Positions 1 to 10,252 of a stretch of DNA of 64,000 nucleotides are shown piece by piece. Position numbers and translations under genes: made by a program. The stretch covers positions 12,739-76,738 of the forward strand of contig CAMHNQ010000004.1 of assembly GCA_946186495.1 (NCBI GenBank). The letters run 5' to 3'. The notes below the pieces were generated by a model. The model was not told where the DNA came from. It worked only from the letters and a program-made list of their open reading frames with translations, and searched no databases. The stretch is from an uncultured Bacteroidales bacterium (GTDB taxonomy: Bacteria; Bacteroidota; Bacteroidia; Bacteroidales; WCHB1-69). Position 1 is the stretch's first letter. Each line of letters begins with the position of its first letter.

Positions 1-1218
1 TTCTGTCTTAGCGAAAACGGACAGCGGATGATTCTGACCCGATGCGTCCGCGCCGGCGAAGGCGACCTTCTTTGCTCCCTTTGGCTTTCCGAAAAGGAGA
101 ATGGGGCTTGGAAGAAACCAAAGCCACTCCCTGCGACCATCAATGCCAAAGGGCACTCCTCCATGCAGCCGTTTTTATTACAAACTGCTGATTTTGAAAT
201 ACTTTACTTCTCATCCGACCGTCCCGGCGGCTATGGGAAAACCGACATCTGGTATTCGATTCTGCAAAATGGCCATTTCCAGACCCCTGTGAATCTCGGG
301 CCGAAAATCAACACAGAAGGGAACGAAATGACCCCGTTCTATGACAAAGAACGTAACATACTATATTTCAGCACCGACGAAAGAGACGGATTTGGAGATT
401 ACGACATTTTCTGCAGTGAAGGTGCCCTGGGGAGATGGAGCGCCCCAAAGCTCCTGCCGCGCCCATTCAATTCGGAATACAACGACTTTTATTTCACTGT
501 GAATCAAAATGGTGCAAGTGCTTTCCTCTCCTCGAACAGACCTTATCGTGACATGGTGAACGACGACACCTGCTGCAACGACATTTTCCTTGTCGAGTGG
601 TCGCGACCCGAAAAAGTCACGCCCGACACAGCAACGGAAAAGCCTGACATTCACGAGAAAATCGCTTCGGTTTTGCCTATCACGCTCTACTTCCAGAACG
701 ACAGCCCCGACCCCCAGTCGAAATCAGACACCACAGACATGGATTATCTGGAATTATACAATGCGTATATTAACGATATCCAATACTATATACATAAAAC
801 AGGACAGGGTCTGACAGGCGAGGAGCAACGCAGGGCGATGTATGCCATGGCAGGGTTTCTGCGCGATTCGGTCCGGACCGGCTACACCCGGCTGCTCATG
901 CTGCAACAATACCTTACGGAGGCTTTGGAAAACGGCGACTCTGTGAGCCTGGTTGTGAGAGGGTTCGCCAGCCCACTACACAACAGCCAATACAACAAAC
1001 ACCTGTCCTCACGGAGAATCATCAGTTTGCTGAATTACTTACGCAAAGCCGACAATGGCCGACTTTCCCCGTACCTGTCGGGAGAGAAGCCCGGACTACA
1101 ATTGCAGACGCATCCGGAAGGGGCTGTAAATCACACGTTTGAAACAGACGAAGTGCGGGAAACGGTGTTCGGGCTGAAAGCGGCGAAAGACCGGAGGATT
1201 GTGATCAGCGGGCAATGA
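1..1218 (+). CDS. PD40/TolB-like beta-propeller repeat protein with OmpA-like C-terminal domain (5' end lies outside the window)
   Basis: Frame 1 is open from nt 1, with no stop before the first listed Met at 28. Repeated units of the type YFSSDRPGGYGKTDIWYS / YFSTDERDGFGDYDIF are PD40-like. The C-terminal VRGFASP..N..LSSRR..SLLNYL stretch resembles an OmpA-type peptidoglycan-binding segment. Confidence 0.6.
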   Translation, partial: FCLSENGQRMILTRCVRAGEGDLLCSLWLSEKENGAWKKPKPLPATINAKGHSSMQPFLLQTADFEILYFSSDRPGGYGKTDIWYSILQNGHFQTPVNLGPKINTEGNEMTPFYDKERNILYFSTDERDGFGDYDIFCSEGALGRWSAPKLLPRPFNSEYNDFYFTVNQNGASAFLSSNRPYRDMVNDDTCCNDIFLVEWSRPEKVTPDTATEKPDIHEKIASVLPITLYFQNDSPDPQSKSDTTDMDYLELYNAYINDIQYYIHKTGQGLTGEEQRRAMYAMAGFLRDSVRTGYTRLLMLQQYLTEALENGDSVSLVVRGFASPLHNSQYNKHLSSRRIISLLNYLRKADNGRLSPYLSGEKPGLQLQTHPEGAVNHTFETDEVRETVFGLKAAKDRRIVISGQ

Positions 1219-1234
1219 AGCCCTGTCATTCAAG

Positions 1235-3742
1235 TTAGGCACCTGTTTCCAAGAATCTTCCCGTCTCGCTTTCGCGGTTGTCGGCAATTTCCCGGGGGGT
1301 GCCGGTGGCCACGATCCGGCCGCCGTCCTCGCCACCGCCCGGCCCCATATCGACGATGTAGTCGGCGGCGCGGATCACATCAAGGTCGTGTTCAATAACG
1401 ATGACCGTGGCCCCGTTCTTGATCAACGTGTCGAAAACTTGCAGCAGCGTGCGCACGTCCAAAGGGTGCAGCCCGATGGTAGGCTCATCGAACACGAACA
1501 CCGAGTCGTGTTGCAAGCGTCCCATCTCCGTAGCCAACTTCAGCCGTTGCGCCTCGCCCCCCGACAAGCTCGGGGTCTCCTCGCCGAGCGTGAGGTAACC
1601 AAGTCCAAGACTTTGCAACACTTCCAATTTCGGAGACACCGTCTTCATTTCCTGACAGAACCCCAGCGCGGAACTCACATCCATGTCCATCAACTCAGGC
1701 AACGAGCGAGTCTCTCCGCGTTTGTTGGTGTGACGCACAGTGTAGGCAGCTTTCGCATAACGCGACCCCCTGCACTCGGGACATGGGATATCCACGTCGG
1801 GAAGGAACTGCACGTCAAGACTGATGGCTCCTGTGCCGTCGCAGACGGGACAGCGCAGGTCACCGGTGTTGTAGGAGAAGTCGCCGGCCTTGAAGCCGAG
1901 CCGCTTGGCATCGGGAGTGCGGGCATAGAGTTTACGTAGTTCGTCATGGACGTTGGCGTAGGTGGCCACGGTGGAGCGGATGTTGATGCCTATGGGCGTG
2001 GCGTCGATGAGCTTCACGTGCTCTATGCCTTCAGCGACGATGTCGGTGACGTGGTCAGGCATCTGTTTCCTGCGAGTTAACGCCTCCAATGCGGGTACAA
2101 GGCTTTCCAATATCAGGGTCGTTTTGCCGGAACCGGAAACACCTGTCACCACCGTAAGACGCCCTTTGGGAATGTCGACATCCAACGGTTTCACCGTGTG
2201 TATCTTTTTCGTGGAAAGATGAATATTGCCAAACTCGAACAGGCGGTCCTTGTCAGGCTCGCTCAACCCGTGAACGTTTTCGGTCGAGAGAAACGGCCCG
2301 ATGCGGGAAGCACTGTTGCGGATGATGTCCTGAATGCTGCCCTCGGCGATGACATGGCCGCCCTTCGCACCCGCGTCGGGACCCAGCTCGATGAGCCAGT
2401 CCGCTTCCCGAAGAATCTGCGTGTCGTGATCGACGAGCAACACCGAGTTTCCGTCAGCCACAAGGTCGTGCATCACGCCGTTGAGGCCCACAATGTTGGA
2501 GGGATGCAACCCGATGGACGGCTCGTCGAGGACGTAAAGCACTCCGGTGGTGCGGTTGCGAACAGCGCGGGCGAGCTGCATTCGCTGACGTTCTCCCGTG
2601 GAGAGTGTGGAGGCGGCACGGTCAAGCGTGAGGTAGCCCAGTCCCAAATCCATCAACCGTTTGGCGGAAGAGCGGAAAGACTCGCAGATGCTCTCGGCCA
2701 TGGGGCGCATCTCCTCGGGCAGCGAGGACGGAACGCCGTTGACCCACTCGGTGAGCTGCGCAAGTGTCATCCGGCAGGCGTCGTCAAGTCCAATGCCACG
2801 CAGTTTCGGGGCGCGAGCGCCCTCCGACAGACGCGTGCCTTGGCAGTCGGGGCAAATGTCCTCCTTCAGAAACTTCTCCACCCGCTTCATTCCCTTCTCG
2901 TCAGTCACCTTCGACAGGGCATTCTCCACCGTGTAGGTGGCGTTGAAATAGGTGAAGTCCATTTCGCCCGCCACGTTTGAATTTTTCGACTTGTAGAAGA
3001 TATGTTTCTTCTCGGCAGGTCCGTTATAGACGATATCCTTCTCTTTGTCAGAGAGTTCAGAAAACGGAACATCGGTACGCACCCCCATGGCGCGGCAGAC
3101 GTCAGTCATGAGCGACCACATGAGGCTGTTCCATGGGGCCACTGCCCCTTGGTCGATGCTGAGCGACTCGTCAGGCACGAGAGTGTTCCTGTCCACGGTG
3201 CGTACTGTGCCGGTCCCCCCGCATCTGCGGCACGCGCCCTGGCTATTGAAAGCCAGCTCTTCGGCTCCGGGAGCGTAGAAGTGTGCGCCGCATTCCGGGC
3301 AGACGCACTCCTGGCCGGCGGCTACGGCAAGCGAGGGAGGCAGATAATGCCCGTTCGGACAACGGTGTTCTGCCAACCTTGAATACATAAGACGCAGGCT
3401 GTTCAGAAGTTCCGTTCCAGTACCGAACGTCGAGCGGATACCAGGCACACCGGGCCGCTGATGAAGGGCCAGGGCGGCCGGGACATAGAGGATTTCATCG
3501 ACATCGGCCTTCGCGGCTTGGGTCATGCGGCGGCGCGTGTAGGTCGAGAGCGACTCAAGATAGCGGCGCGAGCCTTCGGCATAAAGCACCCCCAACGCCA
3601 GCGACGACTTGCCGGAACCGGACACCCCCGCCACAGCCACAATTTTGTGCAGCGGGACTTCCACATTGATGTTCTTGAGGTTATGCACCCGGGCGCCACG
3701 GACAAGGATACGGTCGGGTTTTGGATTTTCTGAATTTCCCAT
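1235..3742 (-). CDS. UvrA-like ABC ATPase (excinuclease ABC subunit A paralogue, short class-II-like form)
   Basis: Two Walker A motifs (GVSGSGKSSL, GVSGSGKTTL) and two ABC signatures (LSTGERQR, LSGGEAQR). CxxC zinc-finger pairs are present (CPECG, CRRCGG, CPVCDG, CPEC). At 835 aa it is shorter than canonical UvrA of about 940 aa. Confidence 0.9.
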   Translation of the reverse strand: MGNSENPKPDRILVRGARVHNLKNINVEVPLHKIVAVAGVSGSGKSSLALGVLYAEGSRRYLESLSTYTRRRMTQAAKADVDEILYVPAALALHQRPGVPGIRSTFGTGTELLNSLRLMYSRLAEHRCPNGHYLPPSLAVAAGQECVCPECGAHFYAPGAEELAFNSQGACRRCGGTGTVRTVDRNTLVPDESLSIDQGAVAPWNSLMWSLMTDVCRAMGVRTDVPFSELSDKEKDIVYNGPAEKKHIFYKSKNSNVAGEMDFTYFNATYTVENALSKVTDEKGMKRVEKFLKEDICPDCQGTRLSEGARAPKLRGIGLDDACRMTLAQLTEWVNGVPSSLPEEMRPMAESICESFRSSAKRLMDLGLGYLTLDRAASTLSTGERQRMQLARAVRNRTTGVLYVLDEPSIGLHPSNIVGLNGVMHDLVADGNSVLLVDHDTQILREADWLIELGPDAGAKGGHVIAEGSIQDIIRNSASRIGPFLSTENVHGLSEPDKDRLFEFGNIHLSTKKIHTVKPLDVDIPKGRLTVVTGVSGSGKTTLILESLVPALEALTRRKQMPDHVTDIVAEGIEHVKLIDATPIGINIRSTVATYANVHDELRKLYARTPDAKRLGFKAGDFSYNTGDLRCPVCDGTGAISLDVQFLPDVDIPCPECRGSRYAKAAYTVRHTNKRGETRSLPELMDMDVSSALGFCQEMKTVSPKLEVLQSLGLGYLTLGEETPSLSGGEAQRLKLATEMGRLQHDSVFVFDEPTIGLHPLDVRTLLQVFDTLIKNGATVIVIEHDLDVIRAADYIVDMGPGGGEDGGRIVATGTPREIADNRESETGRFLETGA

Positions 3743-3857
3743 CTATCTAATTATCAAATATATACAATTATTTCTATACTTTTTTTTTGAGGTGCGAAAA
3801 TAGGATTTATTTGTATTCTTGGATTGTTTCCTGTGTTAGGACATACCAATTATTTTG

Positions 3858-3865
3858 TATTTTTG
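3858..3865 (+). promoter_or_regulatory. Bacteroidota -7 promoter motif TAnnTTTG (TATTTTTG) upstream of the MFS transporter
   Basis: Exact TAnnTTTG match 42 nt upstream of the ATG at 3907. Confidence 0.45.
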
Positions 3866-3906
3866 CGACCTCGTTTTTTAAGGTATTAAAATATAAACCA
3901 TTGTAT

Positions 3907-5088
3907 ATGAAAAAACAGTTATCCCTTATTTCGGTGTTTTTCGTGTTCCTGGCCATGGGCTTCGGCGATGCCGCCGGCCAGCTGGTCTCCGTGGTGGAGA
4001 AAGCTTTCAACGTCTCCCCTTTCACCGCATCGTTAGTCTCCCTCTCGGGCATGATCATGTTCGGCGTGCTGTCGGTGCCCACCGGCGTGTGGCAGTCGAA
4101 GATCGGCAAGAAGAAGATGCTCACCATCGGACTTGTCCTCTTCCTCGCCGGCGCGGTGCTGCCCATCCTCGCCTTCAACTTCCCGGTCATCCTCTTGGCA
4201 GTGCTGCTGATGGGCGCGGGCGCCACCATCCTGCAGGTCTCCGGCAACCCGCTGATCCGCGATGTCTCCGATGAAGGCAAGTATTCCAGCATGCTCTCCT
4301 TCGCGCAGTCGCTGAAGGCCATCGGCACGCTCTCCACATCGCTGATTCTGGTGCTCATCGGCACCTCGCTGATGAAATACGGCTGGTTCTCGTTCACCCC
4401 CGAGGGCGGCGAAACCATCGACATGGGCTTCCGCATCCTCTTCCCGATATTCGCGGCAGTGCTGCTCGTCACGCTCGTCATGGTCGTGGTGTTCGTGCCC
4501 GACAACGTCAGCAAGTCGGACGAGAAGCCGACCACCCTGGGCAACTGTATCCGCGCCTTGGGCGACCCGTTCATCCTGATGATGTTCCTCGCCATCTTCT
4601 TCTACTGCGGCGCGGAAGCCTCGATGTTCAACCGCATCCCGTCGATTCTGAGCGAAAACACGAGCGTGACCCCGGCCATGGGCAACATCGTGCTGATCAT
4701 CTCCCTGTTTGTGGGCCGTTTCCTCGGCGGCGTCATCTTGCAGAAGATGAGCGCGAAAAAATTCCTCGGCATCACGGTGGCGATCTCCATCCTCGGCAAT
4801 CTGCTGCTGTTCCTGCCCTACAACGCCTTCACCACGTGGCTGAGCTTCATCCTCATCGGCGTGGGCTTCGCCAACATCTTCCCGTTGGTCTTCTCCATCT
4901 GCGTCGATCACAAGCCGGAGATGTCGAACGAGATTTCGGGCCTGATGACCACGGCCATCGTGGGCGCCGCCATCGTGCCGCTGCTCACGGGCGCCATGGC
5001 GGGCATCGGCATCCGCTACGCTTTCCTCGTGCCGCTCTGCTGTCTGTGCTATCTGTGCTTCGTGACAGCGAAAGTGGCGAAGAATTAG
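3907..5088 (+). CDS. MFS transporter, sugar:H+ symporter-like (FucP/GluP type)
   Basis: About 12 hydrophobic segments. The start was moved to MKKQLSLISVFFVFLAMGFGDAAGQ, because the 40 codons upstream in the listed ORF overlap the promoter motif. Confidence 0.75.
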   Translation: MKKQLSLISVFFVFLAMGFGDAAGQLVSVVEKAFNVSPFTASLVSLSGMIMFGVLSVPTGVWQSKIGKKKMLTIGLVLFLAGAVLPILAFNFPVILLAVLLMGAGATILQVSGNPLIRDVSDEGKYSSMLSFAQSLKAIGTLSTSLILVLIGTSLMKYGWFSFTPEGGETIDMGFRILFPIFAAVLLVTLVMVVVFVPDNVSKSDEKPTTLGNCIRALGDPFILMMFLAIFFYCGAEASMFNRIPSILSENTSVTPAMGNIVLIISLFVGRFLGGVILQKMSAKKFLGITVAISILGNLLLFLPYNAFTTWLSFILIGVGFANIFPLVFSICVDHKPEMSNEISGLMTTAIVGAAIVPLLTGAMAGIGIRYAFLVPLCCLCYLCFVTAKVAKN

Positions 5089-5130
5089 GAATTAAGAATG
5101 CAATGGTTGCCGTAAACTATCTGAGTCAAT

Positions 5131-6207
5131 ATGGTAAAAAACGACATTCAACCAGGCCTTTTTGGCCAGAGACACTCGAGCAGAGACTATTCCAAACCGG
5201 AATGCTGGGGAAAGAACCAGTTCAACAGTTCTTTCCCGGCATCCTTGGCGGCCTATATGTATTCGAGAGACCTCTTTCCTGTTTACATTAAAACAAAAGG
5301 GGACAACACCGTTGTTCATGATAAAATAAAATCCGACGATCTCTTTGGTATAGATCCTCTTTGCGAGGATGCCTATTACAATTTCGAGGCTGGATTTGCT
5401 CCATACGAAAAGTTTTATCAAGGTGAACGGGAAAAAATCGACCTTGTGATGATGAACGTCAACTCTGATAATGTTCTCTCCGGCTTAGAGGTTAAGCTGA
5501 CGGCTCTACCTGACAACACGACAAAGTCCTTTGACGAATCTTTCTGGGGCACTGAAATCGTAATGAGACCTCCCACCATTTGTTTCTTGGTGTGCAGTAT
5601 TTGCGCGAATTACAATACACTTGATGGAAAAGATCGACTGAGAACGCTGTTGCGTTGTGTTCCGCAAATTAATCATTGGGAAGAGATTGACGAGGTGCTA
5701 CCTCACTACCAGAAGATACTTTCCGCAGTGCTTTCGATTTCTTCCGATATGGTTGAGAAGCAAAAGCCGTTGATTCTTCAACCAATCTGGAAAACAGAAG
5801 GAAACAAGATGCGTTTGAAAGAGGATTGCCTTGATGTGTTTGTTTGGTCAAACTTGGCGGTCATCCAAATGTGTTGTACGGAAGATTCCACCAATATTCA
5901 GAAGATCAATCGTTTTCATCGTACCATAATTTGGATATATAAAATGCTGCTGGATTATGTGACGTACGACACATTTGATTACAAACGCATCATTCGTCTG
6001 CAATCATACAATCTTGCTAACGACAAGGCTTTTGCACTTCCGGGCACGAAATCGCATGCTTTTTTGGACAGCCCTGAATTACTCAAGCCAAGGGTGTCAA
6101 AATATGAGATCAAGAACATTATATTGGGCGGTGGACAAGATTTGCTTAGTCCTGAACGCCGCTTTGATGCCGTATTGGTGAACAGTCCTGATATTTTTGA
6201 AAGATGA
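5131..6207 (+). CDS. Type II restriction endonuclease candidate (PD-(D/E)xK type), partner of the adjacent C5-methyltransferase
   Basis: KIDLVMM...GLEVKLTA fits a D...ExK nuclease core. The 4-nt ATGA overlaps the methyltransferase start. It shares low GC (about 40%) with the MTase gene. The family and recognition site cannot be determined by eye. Confidence 0.6.
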   Translation: MVKNDIQPGLFGQRHSSRDYSKPECWGKNQFNSSFPASLAAYMYSRDLFPVYIKTKGDNTVVHDKIKSDDLFGIDPLCEDAYYNFEAGFAPYEKFYQGEREKIDLVMMNVNSDNVLSGLEVKLTALPDNTTKSFDESFWGTEIVMRPPTICFLVCSICANYNTLDGKDRLRTLLRCVPQINHWEEIDEVLPHYQKILSAVLSISSDMVEKQKPLILQPIWKTEGNKMRLKEDCLDVFVWSNLAVIQMCCTEDSTNIQKINRFHRTIIWIYKMLLDYVTYDTFDYKRIIRLQSYNLANDKAFALPGTKSHAFLDSPELLKPRVSKYEIKNIILGGGQDLLSPERRFDAVLVNSPDIFER

Positions 6208-7211
6208 TGAAAGTTGTAGATTTGTTTTGTGGGTGCGGAGGCTTAAGTCTTGGTTTTCAGAACGCTGGTTTTGAAATTATTGCGGCATATGATAATTGGG
6301 AGGCCGCATTAAATGTGTACAAGCAAAATTTTGACCATCCTGCTGGGAACATTGATTTGAGCAACATTTCTGAAAGTGCAGAAGTAATAGGCAACCATTG
6401 TCCGGACATGATTATTGGCGGTCCTCCATGCCAAGACTTTTCGTCTGCGGGGAAAAGAAACGAAGAAGGTGGTCGAGGTGATTTGACTGTCTGTTACGCA
6501 AAAATCATCAACGAAATTCGCCCAAAGTGGTTTGTCATGGAGAATGTTGCAAGGATTACACAAACCCAAAAGTTGGTTGACGCAAAAGACATCTTTCACA
6601 AAGCTGGATATGGCTTATCACAATTTGTGTTAGATGCCAGCCTTTGTGGAGTTCCTCAAAAAAGAAAGCGTTTCTTTCTGATAGGAAAGCTTCATGAAAC
6701 AGATAATTTCATGAATCCCTTTGTTATGGAAGGACTCGCAAATAAGCCAATGACATTGCGAGACTATTTCGGAGACACTCTCGGTTTGGAGTATTACTAT
6801 CGCCACCCCCGCAGCTATGCGCGAAGGGGAATTTTCAGCATTGACGAACCGAGTCCGACCGTAAGAGGAGTGAATCGTCCCATGCCAGAAGGCTATCAGA
6901 TTCATACCAATGATCCTGTCAAATCAAAAGAAGGAATAAGACCGTTAACAACAATAGAACGAAGTTATATACAAACTTTCCCTAAAGATTTCTCGTTTGT
7001 TGGAAACAAAACCGCAGTAGAACAGATGATTGGTAACGCTGTTCCTGTGAATCTAGCTAATTTCGTAGCCAATGCCATAAAAAAATATCTAAATAAACCT
7101 CATTATCAGCGCAGTTTAGAGATAGACTTCGAGAACCAAAATATTGAACAACGGTTGGCTCGCTATGTAAGTGAACCTTCTCCAAAGGGAAATTATAAAA
7201 CGAAGAAATAA
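6204..7211 (+). CDS. DNA (cytosine-5)-methyltransferase
   Basis: Motif I DLFCGCGGLSLG, motif IV GGPPCQDFSSAG, motif VI ENV, motif VIII QKRKRFFLIG and motif X GNAVPVNLA are all intact. Confidence 0.95.
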   Translation: MMKVVDLFCGCGGLSLGFQNAGFEIIAAYDNWEAALNVYKQNFDHPAGNIDLSNISESAEVIGNHCPDMIIGGPPCQDFSSAGKRNEEGGRGDLTVCYAKIINEIRPKWFVMENVARITQTQKLVDAKDIFHKAGYGLSQFVLDASLCGVPQKRKRFFLIGKLHETDNFMNPFVMEGLANKPMTLRDYFGDTLGLEYYYRHPRSYARRGIFSIDEPSPTVRGVNRPMPEGYQIHTNDPVKSKEGIRPLTTIERSYIQTFPKDFSFVGNKTAVEQMIGNAVPVNLANFVANAIKKYLNKPHYQRSLEIDFENQNIEQRLARYVSEPSPKGNYKTKK

Positions 7212-7227
7212 TAAACCCCAATCAAAT

Positions 7228-10200
7228 ATGAAAAAACTGACCATCTTTCTGATTGCAATCGCGGCTTCGGCATTCGCCTTTGCGCAGTCGCAGTACGTCA
7301 ACCCGCTCGTCGGCACCGACGGGCACGGCCACACCTACCCCGGCGCCATCCTGCCCTTCGGCGCCATCCAGCTCAGCCCCGACACCCGCTTAGAGGGCTG
7401 GGACGGCTGTTCCGCCTACCACTACAGCGACAAACGCATCTACGGCTTCTCGCACACCCACCTCAACGGCACCGGCTGCGAGGACTACGGCGACATCCTT
7501 GTCACCCCGTTCCTCGGCGAGCCCTCCGTCATCAACGAGAAGTACGCCCTGCCCTTCTCGCACGACCAAGAGACCGCCGAACCCGGCTACTACGCCGTAA
7601 GGTTCGACAACGGCATCACCGCCGAGATGACCGCCGCCAACTACGTGGGCCTGCACCGCTACACTTTCGCCAAAAGCGGCAAACGCGGCATCATCGTCGA
7701 TTTGCAGCACCGCGACAAGACCATAGAGAGCTACATGACCCTCAAGGCCAGGGACCTCGTGGGCTTCCGCCGCTCCGATGCTTGGAATCCTGACCAATAC
7801 TGCGCCTTCTCCCTCAAGACCTCCGTGCCCCCGACGGAAATTGTCTATTACCAAGACAACAAACCCGTGAACGTCAAGGAGATAAAAGGCACAAACTGCA
7901 AGGCCGTCCTCTACTTCGATGAGAAAGTCAAGGACGTGGTTGTGAAAGTGGCCATCTCCGCCGTGGATATGGACGGCGCCATCAACAACCAGACCGAAGT
8001 CCGCGACTTCAACTTCGACCGGGTGCACAAACAGGCCACCGAAACCTGGAACAAGGAACTCGGCAAAATCAAGGTGGAATCGAAGAATGAGGAGTTTCTG
8101 CGCACCTTCTACACCGCTCTGTACCACTGTTTTACATCACCCTATCTCTATTCCGACATCGACGGTCGCTATCGCGGCGCGGACCAGAAGACGCACAAGA
8201 CGGACGGGAAGCACCGGATGTACACCGTCTTCTCCTTGTGGGACACTTACCGCGCCTTGCACCCGCTGCTCAACATCATCGACCAGAAACGCAGCGCGGA
8301 CTTTCTCTACACCTTCCTGAACCAGTACCGGCAGCAGGGCTACCTGCCCATGTGGGAGCTCTCGGCCTACGAGACATGGTGCATGATCGGCTACCATGCC
8401 GTGCCTGTGATTTTCGACGCCTACATGAAGGGGATGCGCGACTATCCCGCCAAGGAGATGCTGGAGGCGATGGTCGCCACCGCCAACCTCAAGCGGCTGG
8501 GCCGCCCCGAATACGCCCAATACGGCTTCGTGCCCGGCGACATGGAGAACGAGTCTGTCTCCAAAACCTTGGAATACGCTTACGACGACTGGTGCATTGC
8601 CATGTTCGCGAAAGAAATCGGCGACAAGGAGGTTTACTCCAAATACATCCAGCGCGCCCAGTCCTACAAGAACATCCTGGATCCCAACGGATTCATGCGC
8701 GGACGCATGAACGGCGGCTTCATGACCCCGTTCAACCCACGCGAGGTCAACAACTTCTTCACCGAGGCCAACTGCTGGCAATACACCACCTACGTGCCGC
8801 ATGACTTCAACACCTACATCGACCTGATGGGCGGTTCCAAAAATATGGAGCAGTTCCTCGACCGTCTCTTCAACTCCAGCTCCGAAATGGCCGGCCGCGC
8901 CCAGGCGGACATCACCGGCGTCATCGGCCAATACGCGCACGGCAACGAACCGAGCCATCACGCTGCCTACCTCTACAACTTCGTGGGCCGCCCGGACAAA
9001 ACCCAGCAACTGGTCAAGAAAATCCTCGTCAACCTCTACACCTCCAAGCCCGACGGCCTCTGCGGCAACGAAGACTGCGGCCAAATGTCGGCCTGGTACG
9101 TCTTCAGCGCCATGGGCTTCTACCCCGTCTGCCCCGGCAGTAACCAATATATCATCGGCTACCCGCTCTTCGACAAGGCAACCGTAACCCTTGAAAACGG
9201 CAAGACACTGACCATCAGCAGAAACAACGACAAACCGTTCATCCAGTCGGTCACCTTGAACGGCAGGGTGCTGGACCGCTCCTACATCACCTACGATGAA
9301 ATCGCCAAAGGCGGCGAACTGGCGTTCACCTTGGGCGACAAACCGAGCGACACCTGGGGCAGGGGCAAGAACAACGAGCCCGTGACGCGCATCGACCCCG
9401 CCATGCGCATCGTGCCGGTGCCGGTCTTCTCCACCGACAAGGTCTCCTTCCAAGACCAGACCCGCGTGGCACTACGCGTGCCGAAAGTGATTGACGACGG
9501 GCTTCAACGAAAGTCGAAGGACGCGAAACCGAATCTGGACAACAAAGTGCGCATCGCCCCTCAGAACGAACGCAGCATACTCAGCGGCCCGAAAATGGCA
9601 GAAGAGCAGTATGTAATCTTCTACACCACCGACGGCCGCGAGCCCTCGCCCAAGACGGGCACCCGCTACACCGAATCCATTCTTGTCGATAAGGACATGA
9701 CCGTAAAAGCGGTGGCCGTGGATGCCAAAGGGCGGAGCAGCCAAGTGGCGGAGGCGCACTACATCCGTTACACCCGCGACAAGGACCTCTCCTACGTCAC
9801 CAAGCCCGACCCGCAGTACTATGCCGGCGGTGATGCGGGACTGGTCGATAACCTCCGCGGCAAAGTGAACTATCGCATCGGCGGATGGCAGGGATTCACC
9901 ACAGACTGCGAAGTCGTCATCGACCTGCGCGAAACCAAGAAATTCACGGAAGTGGGCGCCGGCTGCTTAGAAGAGCAGCGTGCCTGGATTTTCTACCCGC
10001 GCGGCATAGAGGTCTATGTCTCCAACGACGGCAAGAACTACTCCTTATTCGGCAAAAAGAACATTGATGTTCCAAGAGCCGACGGCGCACACATTGATGA
10101 CTTCACGGTCAACGGCAAGGGAAACGCCCGCTACGTGAAAATCAAAATCAAGAACTACGGCAAGATGCCCGAATGGCACATCAGTGCCGGTTCCCAGGCC

Positions 10201-10233
10201 TGGCTGTTTGTGGACGAGGTGTGGGTGAAGTAA
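7228..10233 (+). CDS. GH92 family alpha-mannosidase with C-terminal Fn3-associated and F5/8 type C (discoidin) domains
   Basis: Signal peptide MKKLTIFLIAIAASAFAFAQ. GTDGHGHTYPGAILPFGAIQLSPDT is the typical GH92 N-terminus. The C-terminal GWQGF...ARYVKIKIKNYG...WLFVDEVWV segment is discoidin-like. Confidence 0.9.
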   Translation: MKKLTIFLIAIAASAFAFAQSQYVNPLVGTDGHGHTYPGAILPFGAIQLSPDTRLEGWDGCSAYHYSDKRIYGFSHTHLNGTGCEDYGDILVTPFLGEPSVINEKYALPFSHDQETAEPGYYAVRFDNGITAEMTAANYVGLHRYTFAKSGKRGIIVDLQHRDKTIESYMTLKARDLVGFRRSDAWNPDQYCAFSLKTSVPPTEIVYYQDNKPVNVKEIKGTNCKAVLYFDEKVKDVVVKVAISAVDMDGAINNQTEVRDFNFDRVHKQATETWNKELGKIKVESKNEEFLRTFYTALYHCFTSPYLYSDIDGRYRGADQKTHKTDGKHRMYTVFSLWDTYRALHPLLNIIDQKRSADFLYTFLNQYRQQGYLPMWELSAYETWCMIGYHAVPVIFDAYMKGMRDYPAKEMLEAMVATANLKRLGRPEYAQYGFVPGDMENESVSKTLEYAYDDWCIAMFAKEIGDKEVYSKYIQRAQSYKNILDPNGFMRGRMNGGFMTPFNPREVNNFFTEANCWQYTTYVPHDFNTYIDLMGGSKNMEQFLDRLFNSSSEMAGRAQADITGVIGQYAHGNEPSHHAAYLYNFVGRPDKTQQLVKKILVNLYTSKPDGLCGNEDCGQMSAWYVFSAMGFYPVCPGSNQYIIGYPLFDKATVTLENGKTLTISRNNDKPFIQSVTLNGRVLDRSYITYDEIAKGGELAFTLGDKPSDTWGRGKNNEPVTRIDPAMRIVPVPVFSTDKVSFQDQTRVALRVPKVIDDGLQRKSKDAKPNLDNKVRIAPQNERSILSGPKMAEEQYVIFYTTDGREPSPKTGTRYTESILVDKDMTVKAVAVDAKGRSSQVAEAHYIRYTRDKDLSYVTKPDPQYYAGGDAGLVDNLRGKVNYRIGGWQGFTTDCEVVIDLRETKKFTEVGAGCLEEQRAWIFYPRGIEVYVSNDGKNYSLFGKKNIDVPRADGAHIDDFTVNGKGNARYVKIKIKNYGKMPEWHISAGSQAWLFVDEVWVK

Positions 10234-10252
10234 CCCGGCGGCCCCGGTTCCG

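Noticed and set aside
3787-3906. Longer N-terminal extensions offered by the ORF track (3787, 7171, 29423, 33679, 41220, 41538, 61455, 62858, 51163)
   Set aside because: In each case an internal Met starts a canonical signal peptide or conserved N-terminus, and the extension overlaps the TAnnTTTG promoter motif or AT-rich intergenic DNA.
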